Part shown: positions 37,601-50,705 of the stretch, piece by piece
How the letters are laid out: the number at the start of each line of letters is the position of its first letter
Position numbering within the stretch: the first letter of the stretch is position 1
Assembly (NCBI GenBank): GCA_010093995.1
Contig: ML992507.1
Span: 1,051,868 to 1,115,867 of the forward strand
Source: Elsinoe ampelina
Lineage: Eukaryota
Length of the DNA: 64,000 bases
Reading direction: 5' to 3'
Notes under the pieces: generated by a model
Seen by the model: the letters and a program-made list of their open reading frames with translations, nothing else
Told to the model about the DNA's origin: nothing
Databases searched by the model: none
Position numbers and translations under genes: made by a program

Positions 37601-38570
37601 TACTACTAAGAAGTATACGTCTATAGAGCTAGTAGAGGTTCTATATAACTATATTATTTACTATTATAGTATCCTAAGAGAAATAGTAAGTAATTAAGAA
37701 TTAGTCTTTACTAGCTAGTTCTAGAGTAAATTCTATTATAAAACATATATAAAGTATAGGCTTAGTATAGCCTTCTACCTATAGATAGATAGTTAAACTA
37801 AGTAGTAGAACTAGATATTAGAATAGTACCTAAGGTACTATTATATAGAGCTATAAAACAACTAGATTAAATATTTATTATAAGTAGAATTTATAAGTAA
37901 TACTAGCGTTTATACTACGCTATATATAAGCCTCTTCTAAATAATATATAGCTACTATTTAGAATTAGAAGTAATAGCTATTAAGTCTTAGAATAAGACT
38001 TTAAGAGAAAGAGTACTAGTAGTACTAGAGTTAGTATAATACTTATAGGATATATATATAAAGCTAGTAGAGTAATAGAAAGAGACTTCTACCTACTAGA
38101 CTAAGTACTATAATAGAAAGTATATACTAAAGGTATATAGTATAAGTAACTTAGTACTACTCTTAGCTAAGAACTTATAGCTACCTATACTAAAGAAGAA
38201 GATAGAACTATAATTCCTTAGCTTATTTTATATACTTAATATAATTAGATTATAGGTGTATTACCTAGCTTTACTAAGTTAGTATTATATCTATAATATC
38301 TTTTATATATCTCTTCTTAAACTATAAATAGGTAAAGCTAGTAAGAAGCTAGAGAAGAGTATATCTCTCCTTAACGAAGTAGATAAGTAGATAGTAGAGA
38401 AGATCCTAGGTAGAAGAACTATAAAGAGTAAGGTATTCTACTTAGTAAAGTAGAAGAACTAGCCTATTAAGTTTAATAGCTAAGAACCTAAAGAGAATTA
38501 TATAAATATAAGAGAGCTAATTACTATATATAAGTTATAGCTAAGAGTAGCTAAGAAAGGTTACTAAAGG
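34632..38570 (+). pseudogene. pol: Pol of Gypsy C (interrupted by the MITE)
   Basis: De-RIPped [23 protein letters not shown] ~35240, MPFGLTNAPATFQ ~35490, YLDDLLIYS ~35581, integrase ~37430-37950, chromodomain ~38385-38520. Confidence 0.9.
36828..37250. mobile_element. Non-autonomous hAT MITE (423 bp)
   Basis: 8-bp TSD AATAATAG (36820-36827, 37251-37258); TIRs TAGGGTAGTTAGTAGGTA / TAGAGTAGTTAGTAAGTA; poly-A/T-rich non-coding interior. Confidence 0.92.
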
Positions 38571-41241
38571 TATAGATTATAAAGTATATAAGTAGATAGA
38601 TTATATAAATATATAAATAAGATAAAGAATAGACTTCTTATCTAGGGAAATACATTTTTAATTAAGTACTATACTTATACTACTATTAAGGGTATTAACT
38701 TAAACTCTATACTCTATTATACTCTATATAAAGCCTTATTATAGGTATAGCGCTAGAGATATATACCTAGCTTATATATACCTACTTATCCTTACTATTC
38801 TCTTTATCTCTCTCTACCTCTAGGCCTATTACTATAGGTACTATAGAGGCTATAAGCTAACTACTAGCTATAATATAGTTAACCTTAGTAGTAGAACTAC
38901 TAGAGTTATACACTATCTAAATATATTAGCTATATTTATAATATATAAGAAGTATAGTTAACTTACTTTCTTACTAATAGTAATTAAGCTATAAAGGCTA
39001 TATCTAATCTTCTATAGCTCCTTAACCTTCTTATACTTAAGTATAATACTACTAAGTATACTACTTATAGGCCTTATATAAGGAGTTAAGATCTTACTAA
39101 TAACCTTATTCTTATTAGTATAGTATACCTTAAGTATAGTCTTAAACTTTTTAACCTTAGAGTTATTCTTATAGGCTATAGTATATATATACTTCTTAGC
39201 TATAGTAATACTAGTCTAGTTAAAGGCCTTAAGCTTAGTAACTATATTATAGATATTAATATATATATTATATAGAATAGATAAGAGTAGCTTATATATA
39301 CACTTACTATAGGTATAGTATTTATACTTATAGTAGAAGAAGATACTAAAGTTACCTCTAGTATAGATATAACCTACTATAAATTAGTTATATTCCTTAT
39401 AAGAGCTCTATTAGCTTACTCTTAGAAATACTATTAGTATACTTAGAATAGGTATTAGTTTTCTCTTTAGAAAGTAAGAGAGTTATAGAGTTAGTACTAG
39501 TAGTAATAGCTCTCTAAGTGCTAGTAGACCTTATACTATAAGTATTAGCTACTAGAGGACTAAAGTTAAATAATATAATAGTTATAAGTAGTATACTTAT
39601 ATTATTAAAGGTTAATAAAATATAAATATATTTTTAAGTAGAAAAGAAGAATATAAGGAAGAATAACAAAATTATATAGACTAACCTCTAGTATACTATA
39701 TCTTTATTATAGCTACTAGTATAAAGTATATATCTCCTATAATACTACTAGAAATTCTAAGAAAAGTTATATTATTACTACTAATTAGCTTTAGCACTAT
39801 AGTAACTAGATAAATACTCCCCTAGGAACTAGATTTCTAAGACTACTACTACTAGATAGTATATAAGATATATATAAAGTCTTTATAAAAATGCCTTAAC
39901 TACCTTATACCTATATTACTTCTAAATAACACTATATATTATATACTTCTAGTTAAGAGCTAAGGGTAGCTCTCCTAGAGAAGAAAGTAATTATAAGAGC
40001 TTAGTATTAGAGTAGTACTTAGTAGTAGCTAGTTCTACCTAAGTAATATACTTAAATATCCTATATAGTAGAGTAGTTATAGAGTTAGGAATAACTCACC
40101 TAGGGTAGAGTTAGGTAGACTCTACTTAGTACGCTAGGTAGAGTAGAGTTAGAGTATATTAGCGTAGAGTAGAGTTAGGGGTAGATAGTAGGTTATTAGA
40201 AAGCCTCTTAACTCTACCTACTACTAACTTACCTTTATAATTGTTAGGTCTTATATAAGTAGCTATTACTTAGCCTAAATTTTGCTATTATATATATAAT
40301 TTGTAATTTATTTAGGATAGAAATAGCACTAATTATAGTCTCTAATTATAGTATTCTATATGTTTAATTGTTATATTTTAATATTGTTCTATATCCTTCT
40401 AGATAATCTTATATACTTTACTAGAGGCTTATAGTTATTATTATTACTATCTTCCTCGTAGTTACTTATATTAAATATACTCTCTTAAGTAGGTAAGTTA
40501 AACAAGTTATCTACCTCGTCTAGTGCCTTATCTATATAGCTACTATTAATAGGATTACTACTTAATAGAGATAGTCTAGTTATAAGCTTTATAATTACGA
40601 GCCGCTAGATTATTTATATAGAGAGTCGATATCTTCGATTACTAATAATGTTCTTTGCTATGTTAAATACGCGTTCGATACTAACGCTAGCAATTAGTAT
40701 AGTAAGGACATCTCGAGCGACTTTAGTAAGCTATAGGAAGTCTATTACGAACCGTCTAAATATAGTCTATACTAGTAGTCTAAGCTAAGCTAAGAACGAG
40801 GTAGTTCTACTTCTATAGTAGTATAGCACTAAGGTAAGAGTTAGAGAAGGTATGTCTTATAGATAATAAAGTATAATTAGATAGTATTATAAAGGCTAGC
40901 CTTAGTAATACTAGTGTTTACTATCTAGACAAGGTTAACTATAATATTACTTATAAAGGAGAGTATAGTATATATCTTATATTATGTTATAATTACCTTA
41001 AGTAATTATAAGTAGTAGTTACTCTAATTACTCGTAAGTAAAGTAATCTAAGATAGTTAGTTCCTCTACTTCCTTTTATACTTCCCTAGTATAGCTTAGT
41101 TACGCCTCTAATTAGCTTATCTATAGCCTAGCTACGGGTTTATTATACTATCTCCCTTCTATTCTAGGCTCGTTCTAAGCTTACTTACTTATTTAATCTA
41201 AGCTGTCCCTATAGTTACGTAGGTAAGAATGTTCTTCGAAG

Positions 41242-41706
41242 ATGTCTTCTAAACCTATATAAAACTACCTCTAACTTACTTAAGAAATTTAATAATATAG
41301 TTACGAAACTAACACGCCCTATAATTGCTACTTCTCTCGGATTCTTGCTAGGAAGAGTATAAAGTGTATTATTATAATATATAATAACTAGTTACGTTGT
41401 TTAGAGTATATTTATCTTAGTTGTCCTTACGTTAATATATCCTAGGCTTCCCTAGATAAGACGCGTAAAGAGTACTAGAAGAAGGTAAATAAGGATAAGG
41501 TAGAGTTATTATAGGTGCTTATATACCTAATATATAACAAGAAGATTCTAAAATTAGCTAAGAAGTAGGCTAAGAAGAAGATAGAATATTTAGCAACTAA
41601 GATAGAGAATAACAACAAGTTAGAGGTAGTAGAAGATTGTCTAGCTACTAGAGTCTATATTAGTTTATCCCTAGCTATGTAGTTGTCTCTAGATTTTGTA
41701 AATTAG
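41242..41706 (+). pseudogene. Antisense Cys-rich/coiled-coil ORF of Gypsy B' (end approximate)
   Basis: De-RIPped MSSKP.QNRLRLAQEI..YGYE.DTPCDCC...KC......RCSEC.RLGRPCVNMSWASLDKTRKEYQKKVDEDEAEL..VLARL.RNKKILKLA.KRAKKK. Confidence 0.65.
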
Positions 41707-44700
41707 GCTATAGATTTAGGAACTACTCCTCCGAGTATAGATATTAGCTAGTAGAGAGACTTACGTAGTTACTCTCTTTTTCTTTTAATAGGTTAGTTTA
41801 GTCCGAAGGGTTTATTAGCCTAAGATAGGTTCTTAGTTTAATAGTCTAGGATTACTTATAAGGTAAGGTACTTCTCTAGTTCCTATATTACTTTACTATA
41901 CTAATGTCCCTTCTAGTAGATAAGATAGTAGCGTTTTTCCTTTATAAATTTATAACGTAAAACCCTTTCGATCTTATACTATAGCTCTTATATTTCTTTA
42001 TCTAGTTTAATAGGTCTAGGTATAGCGTTCTATAGTACTTTCTCTAGTAGAGATATATAAAAGACTAGATAGATCCTTATATGTCTTAGTAGCTCTAGTT
42101 TATATACGTTTTTGTTTTTCTTTTCTAGGATCTTAAAAGGTCCTAGCTTAGTATAGTCTAGTTTCTTACTTAGTCTTTTAGTCTTAATATTCTTACTAAG
42201 GAGGTAAACTTTCTCTCTCTCCCTTAGAATTAGTCCCGCAATTCTCTTCTAGTTAGCAAATTTAGCTATTCTTTGTAATATAAATACTATATCGTAGTAT
42301 AGCTAGTTATATAGTTTCTTAATGTTAGCTACTAGTATATTTACATCTTTAGATATTAGCTTAATCCTAAGTATATTATAGTACAAATCCGGGTATATAC
42401 CGTAATTAGTATAGAATAGTAATACTTTATTTGCTAACTTTCTATTATTAATAGCAAGTTTAGCTAGTAGAAGTAATAATACCTATAAGTCTTATTTATA
42501 GTTAAGGTAACACTATAAGTATTGTTCTAGTATTTAATTAGCTCGCTCTATCTATCTATCCGTTTATAGGTAGAATAATATTAATAGCTTATACTTAACT
42601 CCTAATAGATCTATAAATAACTACTAGAATTGTAATATAAACAGTTTATCCCTATTAGTAATTAGATCTTATAGTACTCTATACTATAAAACGATTATTT
42701 AGAGGAAGGCAAAGGCTATATCCTCTATATTTACTATTATCTTATGTAGCATAAAGTAGTAATAGTTCGTAAACCTATCTACTAGAACTAGAATACTATT
42801 ATACTTTATACCTATAAGAGGTTCTTCTAATAGCAGTAGAGGTCCTATAAAGTCTATCGTAACTAATTGCTATAGTTTGTCTAGTAGTAGCAAGAGTTAT
42901 AGTAGGCTATATAGTTTATGTCGGGAGTGTTTAGACTTATAGTATATATCGTAGGTAGTAATATATGTCTTAATATCGTTTCGGAGTTCTTTCTATAGGT
43001 AGTTTTGTATAATAAGCTTAATAGTCTTATCGATCCTACTATGTCCCGCTATTAGGTTATTATAGTATATTTAAATAACCTCTTACTTCTGTTCTTACGT
43101 AAGCTCCTAGGTAAGGCTATATAATTGCTTTACCTTCGGGTGCTTATAGACTAAAGCACTATCTTACTACTTTAGTATAGAGGCCTCTATTATTATTATA
43201 TTCTTTAAGTAATCTAGTTGTTAGCTAAGAGCGTCTACTCTACTATTCTCTAATTCCTTAACATAGTAGATCTAAAAGTTATAGCTTATAAGTGTTTCTA
43301 ACTATTAAACCTATTATCTATTAAGAACCTTAGTTGTTATCTAATATAATAGGTTCTTATAGTTAGTATAGACTTATATAGGTAAGGTTATTTCTTCTAG
43401 GTATACTTTCTACTTATAGAATACTTTTATAATTATAAGTAACTCCTTATTATATATGTTATAGTTAAGTTTAGGTCTAGTTATTTTTCGTAAGTAGTAT
43501 ATAATTAAGTAGCGTTATTCTTCTATATCCTTCTATACTAGATATACTTCTATTACAAAGTCTAAGGCATCTATTTCTAGTAGTACTTATTAGTCTAGGT
43601 TAAAGAGTACTAGGATAGGTACTATTATAAGTCTAAGCTTTAGCTCCTTAAAGGCCTACTTACATTTTTCGTTAAAGACAAAGCTAGTTTCTTTTTTTAT
43701 AAGGTTAAATATTAGTATAGCTACCTTAGAGAACCCCTTAATAAACTTATAGTAGTAGTTAAAGAACCTTAGTAGCGCTTAAACCTCCTTAACTATTATA
43801 GGTTCTAGCTAGTCGTTTACTAACTTAATCTTCTTTAGATTAGGTCTAATACTATTAGTAGATATAATATAGCCTAGAAATTATAGTATAACTATTAGGG
43901 CGGGGTCGGCCCCTTTAGGTTTAGTACTACACTAGGGTTTAAGTCGGCCTCTAGCCGGCGTAGTGCTACTAAGGGCTTAGTAGTACTAGCACTAGCTCCG
44001 CACCGTAGCTATAATAGTACTATACTAGCACTAGGTGCGGGTTAGGTCGTATACATTCTAGACGTAGTGTAGTACTAGGTTAAGTTAGTAGATAAGTAGT
44101 ATAGTGCTATTAAGTCCTTAGCGTACCCTTACTAGCACTACACTAGGGTCGCTATTCTTATAGTAAATTCTTATAGCAACTACTACGTCCTATAACTCTT
44201 GTTACTTTTCCGCTCTAAACGCTTAAAGTTATAGTAGGTAAAGAATACTAGAGAGAAGTAAAAGTTATTAATTATTAACCCTTATATACAATTACGACCT
44301 AATAGTAATTTGTAGAAGATTAACCTAATTAACATTATCTATATAACTCCTACGAGTCTATTTTATATACTTAGCTAGTAAGCTATATACTACCTAGAAC
44401 TAATACCTTATTATCTTATTATCTACTTTATCCGGAGGACATTCTATCCTTAGTAAGTTTACTCTTATATAAATTATAACCCTTAACTAGTAAACCGGAG
44501 TACTAAAGCTATCGGGCAGAGTCTAAGACTAGAATAATTAGTTCTAGGTAGTTTAGCCTTCCTACTAACTTATAGTACAGTTACGGATTACCTTAATGCT
44601 ATTAGATTGCTAGTTAATAGTAAGTATAAGGCTGTCTAGGGCCTTAATTTCTGCCTAAAGGTTATTAATAAATTTATAGTAAGTAATATTAGCCTAACGA

Positions 44701-45051
44701 ATAATAGAGAGATAAGTAGTAGACATAGCAGTAGATTTACTTAAATTCTAGCAACTATTAGTATAAGTTATGCTATAGCGACGTAAAGGCATACTAGATA
44801 GTTGTTTAAATGTTTCTAAGGAGAGAAAGAAGTAACTTAACTAATAATCTACTTATATCCCTTAGCATAATAATAGCTATTGTTCGACAATGGCTATTAT
44901 TAGTATTGTCGTTTTTTTATAATAGATAATAGCTATTATCTATATTATCGTTCTTATAATAGGTAATGCTAGATATATATACCTTTTAGTTACTATTTCT
45001 CCTTCTTCCTCTTAAACCTCTCTTTCTTATTGTTTAATACTTCCTTCTATA

Positions 45052-45578
45052 ATGCCTCCTTCTTACGCTTAACTCTACTTCGACCTAGTAGATCTAATCC
45101 TCTTTTAGCCTTATAAAATAACTCCTAGTAACTACGCTAGGCCCTTATACCTACGTTAGTATAAAGCCTATATCCGCTATATAACTCTTATATATCTTGA
45201 CTTTAATAACAACTACGAAATCTAAGCTAAACATATCTATAATAACTATAGAGGTTTAGTACTTCGCTATAAAGCCTGCTATACTTATAATACTCCTTAT
45301 AACTTTATAGGTGTTTCTAATCTAATCTTTCTCTATAATCTAACGAATATTAGTATAATATCTTATAGACTAATAATATCTTTAACCTAATCGACATATA
45401 GCGCGCTATTAATTGTCTTATTCTCGACAGAAGAGTAGATCTACTCTTACTCTTTATTATACGCTATAATGTTAAACGTAAGTAAGAGAAGTTAAATTAC
45501 ATTAATAATAGTAACGACAGTGTTTCTTCCGATAACTAATCTAATTAAGGTAGTATAGTCGAAGCGTCGGCGGGCTAA
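45052..45578 (+). pseudogene. Putative six-Cys zinc-cluster-like cargo gene of hAT-3 (probable intron ~45307-45353)
   Basis: De-RIPped MPPSYAQLYFDPADLIPFQP....DYAGPLHLRQCKACIRH...HIC......RCKAC...N.PCDF; homolog in hAT-1. Confidence 0.6.
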
Positions 45579-46269
45579 TAGCTTTAGATAGTTATTAATA
45601 ATATAGACTTATACTTTATAAAGACTTAATTATGTTACCTCTTCCCGTAAGTAACTAAAATTAACTATAACAACAGCGTATATAAGCTCTTAAAGTAGAA
45701 GTGTTTATATTACCTCTAGCTATACTAGTAGTTATATTACTACCCTAGGCGACACTATCGGTACTAGCGGTAGAAGCACCTCCCTTGTTGTTCTCTTTAC
45801 TATTAGTATTATCTTAGAAAGTAACCTAACTATTATCGGGCTTAAACCTAGCAAGGAAGTCGAGAGTATAATAAGGTAGATATTAGTAATAGTATAGAGA
45901 GTAGCGTTAGTAATAAGTTAGCTAAGGCCGTAGGTGCCGTAGTAGAGGTAGTTATTAAGGTTAATAATAAAGAGAGTAGCGCGGAGATTAGTTATAGCTT
46001 TAGCCTTTATATTATAGTCGATCTATACGATTTCCTCGTTAATGTTTTTATAAGCGGATTTAGCATAACTAATATAGATATAAATATAGTTATGTTAAAG
46101 ATACTAGTAGGTAAGGGAATAAGCTTCCTTAGGGCAGCTAACAAAGGAAGACTATTAGCATTAGTAGGTAGAATTATATATAGTAATAGGGAAGGTACGC
46201 GCGGAAGTGCTTTAGGATAGGTATTAGTATAGATACTATAAGAGCGTTATTACTTAGAGGCTATTAACT

Positions 46270-48883
46270 AGATACGCTTAGAATACTAGCCTCTAACCTT
46301 AGTAATGTTATACGGTAGATCTTTGTCCTTATTATACTCTTCTTCCTTGTTAACCTCTTTATCGCTTAAACTATAGATAGTAATATCTCTAAAGTTGTTA
46401 CTTATGCTATCTATTCCGCTATTAGCATTATTATTAGTAGTAGTAAAATTGTCCGTCTTAGCCGATTAGATGTTTTAAAGATTGTTTTTTACTAGCTTAG
46501 AGACTATAATTTATTAGATTGTCTACGGAAGTAGTCTATACCTTTAATTGCTAATAACATTCTTCGCTATATTAAAAACACATTTAATACCTACGCTAGC
46601 GATTAGTATTATAAGAATATCACGAGTAACACGAGCTAGTTATAGAAATAAGTACTTATTTTCTTTCTACTAAGAAAGAATATTAAATTCTAATATTTCC
46701 TATATAGGCAAAGTTCTAAGGTAATTCTCCCCTTCTATTCTTGTTATATAGATATTACTCTACCCTTACGAAATTGTATTATCTTAGCTAGATACTAGAG
46801 GTATAAAGCTACTTCCCGTCTTTAATAAGGAAGGCTTCTTAAACTAGTAAGTAATAGATAAGGCTAGTAGAGGAGGCAGGAGAGTAGTTTAAGGAGAGTA
46901 GTTATTATTATAGCAATTAAGGTAGTTAAGGAACTATTTATAGTAAAGTAATTTAAAATATAGTTCCTACGAAGTATACTTATACGTACTAAGTTTCTAA
47001 GTTAGATCTAAGATTATGCTATAATTAAATAGGAAACCTTAACCTCTACTTGTTCGCTTATAATACTTAGAAAGCTTAGTATAATTAGCTTTTACTACAT
47101 TTTATACGACTAATAGCTAGTCTAAGTTATTATCCTTTTCCTAAGTAGACTTAACTATATTAAGGAAGTTAAAAAGAGTATTATATATAAGCTATATATA
47201 TTGTACTAATAGCGTATAAGACTAACTTAGCTAGTTAGTTACATCCTTAAAATTCTCTAGTATTCAGACAACAATCTTTAGATATACCTATTTAGCATAG
47301 CCAAGGTAAAGGCGTTTTATATCTACGCGATCGATAGATACTATATCTTAATTAGCTAGCGCTTCATTAGTTTAGGGCTTATATACAATTATAATCTCTA
47401 CATTAAGCTATTTATCGATAATTAGTTAAAGTTTAATAGCTCGCTTATATATATTATATATCGAGTTCTAATAGGTATAAACGTCCCAAACAACTAAGAG
47501 TTATTTACGAGGAGGTAGATATACTTAAAGGGATTTAAAGTGTTAGTAGCGTTAAGGGGATTAGTTAATTATAATACAAATCGTATAGAGCTTTAAAATT
47601 AGTTAAAAAACTATAAGAAAGAACTATAAGGAATATAACTTACTTTATAGAGGGAATTCGGAACTAATAGAGTTATTTAGATATTATAGAGATACTACTT
47701 CTTAAGCTTGTTAGCTTTCTTATTGTCCTTAGTAGTTTCTAGCTATAGGGCTTAAATAATATCTAATACGACAAGATTAATTATATAGGCTAGATATAGA
47801 ATTATATTCTCGATAGAGAACTAGTATATACTCTTCTTCTTAAGACCTTATTATACTTTAGATCGTAGAGTGTTATTATTGCTTATATTGTCCGCTATAA
47901 TAGCAAGAAGGCGTATATTAATCTTTTTTTTATTTAGAACCCTTAGTAGTTCCGTGCCGAGCGTAACTCTAGTATGCTATTTGCTAATTAGTATAAAATC
48001 TAGTAGGCACTTATATACTTACTAGTTGTTATTAATATAGTATACCTTTATAGCTACAAAACTTAGATAGTTATTCGTAGACTAGCTATCTAGCGTAATT
48101 AAAACTTTTATCTAACTACTAAGATTAGTAAGAAGATTAGACTAAATGTCCTTATAGTGCTCTTTTAATAGCCCTAAGGCCCGCGTCCGACCTAGAATAT
48201 TAGTATATAGCTAGAGGAAATATATAAATTAGAGAAAGGAGGAATTATTAACTATTTAGAATAACTAATTATAATTAATAAGGACCTTAATAAGCTCTTT
48301 TTTAAATTGTTCTAGGGAGAATTATAGTATATAGGATATAGTACTAGTAGTATTTACTTTTAATTATATTAGAGCTATCTAAGCTACTAATTATTTATAG
48401 TTAAGAGATTTTATATTCTAGTAGCTTTAGTATCTAAAATGTTTTATTAGGTGTTTATTACTAATTAAGTTTGTTATTAAGTGTTATAAAGCTCTACTAT
48501 AGCAGAGACAATACACAAGAGGTGTTCTATTAGCAAGCTTAGCACCTTTATTAAAGTTAGCCTAAATAACTCTATAGCGGGTTATAGAATTCTAGTTTAG
48601 TAGGTTTTATATTCCGCTAACTCTTAATTTGCTACCTATTAATATTATAAGCTACTATATTTTTTTAGGCTTATATAGCTAGCTATTCTTCGAGTAGTAT
48701 ATCTAGTTAGTAGAGTAGATAGCTAACAATTTTAATAGTTTTATAGAATCGAGTAGAGGATAGATTGTTCTAGCAATTAATATAGAACTCTTTAAGCTCG
48801 TAGGAGAGAGGTAGTAGTAGCGCAACAACTTCTAAGAGTATCTATAGTTAAGGATTAACTAAGTCTTTATTAAACACTAACAT
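46270..48883 (-). pseudogene. hAT transposase of hAT-3 (ends approximate)
   Basis: Reverse strand of 46520-46690 de-RIPs to WWKENKHLFPQLARVARDIL.IPIAGVGIE.VFNIAKNVIGN.RHRL.PQTI. Confidence 0.9.
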
Positions 48884-49057
48884 TTTAAGAGTAGAGATAT
48901 AGAATATTACTAGCTATATAACAAGGAGTAGAAGACTATAAGAATGCTCTATAAGAATCTATTAGCTACTCTTAATTTGTAGATTAAAAAATTTTTAATA
49001 ATATAGAACTAGAAAGCTACTAAAACTATAGTCTAATTTTCCTAACTTAAGGTTAAT

Positions 49058-50329
49058 CTATTTATTCTTATCTATGTCGTTCTTACCCTTACCCTCCTTA
49101 TTATTATTATTACTCTTATCTATTGCCTTATTATTATCTTTATTCTAATTCTCTTTATTAGAATTGTTAAAGTCTTTAGTAGTAACTACCTTATAGTATA
49201 TTTTAGCTACTTCCTTAGTCTTGTACTTGTTAGGTTCCTTATTAAGAAGGTCCTTAATCTTAGAGTTATTCTTAACTTCTTCTTTAACCTCGTTATTACT
49301 ATACTTAATATAGTAATTGTTAGATTTAAGTAAAATATTGTTATTCTTGTACTTAAATTCTAGTTCGGGGGTAGGTTTATATTTGCTTTAATAGATTAGT
49401 ATATAACTATAAGAAACAACTATAAGAAATAATATATACCTAATTATCCGCCTATACTACTTAGAGTTTAGCAGGTGTTATATTCTTAATAAACTTCTTA
49501 AACTTAGCTTAGTTACTATTATTATAGTTGCTAGTATTATATAGTAAGTTAATGCTATTATAGTAGATCTTATAGGTCTATTTCTTAAGAATTCTACTAG
49601 TGCCGAGAAGATGTTTTGCTTAGCAATTCGGAAATATATTTATCTTATTATAGGGCATCTTCTTTATATAATTAGCAAGGAGTTACTTATAGCGAAGAAG
49701 AGTATTAGCTTTATAAATACTACTTCATTTTTAGTAGATAGATATAAACTTATCCTCTAACTATTCCCCTATATAGAATTAGTAGATATACCGTAAGAAT
49801 ATGCTATAAGAAATATACTACTCTACTAGGTATAATAGTAAGTCTCCGCTATCTTCTTATATACTATATTAAAGGTAGCTTCTTTCTCCTTATTAGACAT
49901 TACTTAGAATTCCTTAGAGTTTTTAAGTTTTACCTTAAGTATACGTTTTATAGAGCAATTAGTATTACTAGTAGTAGTAAGGGCTTTCTCCTCTATACTA
50001 GCTTATATAGCGTAATTTCTTTACTAAATAGCTTACTAGGTATTACTAAGCTATACTTTCTACTATAGAATTCTAAGGAGGTAGCTACGGTAAGGAGTTC
50101 TAGTATTCTAAGAGTGATTTTTAATCTAGTATTTAATCTTATCGGCCTCGGAATTAAAACCCTATAGTCTAGTTAGTATTTAACTATAAGAAGTATCTAT
50201 AAGAATTACTCCTGTTATAGCAAGGATTACTTCCTCTTCCTTAGTTATTTCTTTAGTCTTAATTACTAGGGCATTAGTTATCTCTTTCTCTTTACTAAAG
50301 GTTTACTAATCTATAGGATTAGTAGATAT
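49058..50329 (-). pseudogene. Conserved cargo ORF2 with acidic tail (hAT-3)
   Basis: RPIRLNTGS-like motif ~50121-50150; D/E-like tail 49060-49160; same position as in hAT-1 and hAT-2. Confidence 0.62.
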
Positions 50330-50705
50330 TATAGATCGAGAATTAGTAGTAATTTATAAGAGAAGGTAGAATATTAAGTATAACAAGGAGCAAGATATAA
50401 GATATAAGTTTTATAAGAAGAAGATAAGGAGAGAAGGATTTAGTATTCCTTATATATATAGTAAATAGAGTAGCTAGAAATATAAGTAATAATAGGTATT
50501 AATCCTATTATTATACTAATATAAAGTTATTAATATTGTTAATATAAAGTTGTTATAGTAGAGAATAACAATACAAAATTCATATTCTATATACTATTAT
50601 AAATTCCTTAATAAGGCTTAATATCTTGCTCTTAGTATTTTCGCCTTGCTTTTCTCTACCTTTATAAATAAATTTTAATAATCAATTTAACAAATTTACG
50701 TAGCT

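Larger units (their letters stand above)
8744..40068 (+). mobile_element. Gypsy C chromovirus, the oldest background element, split into 8744-8864, 15127-15185, 15372-15844, 34627-36827 and 37251-40068
   Basis: Segments rejoin across the TSDs of the inserted elements; RT, RNase H, integrase and chromodomain readable at 35040-38570; probable polypurine tract near 39978 and start of a 3' LTR near 39990. Confidence 0.8.
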
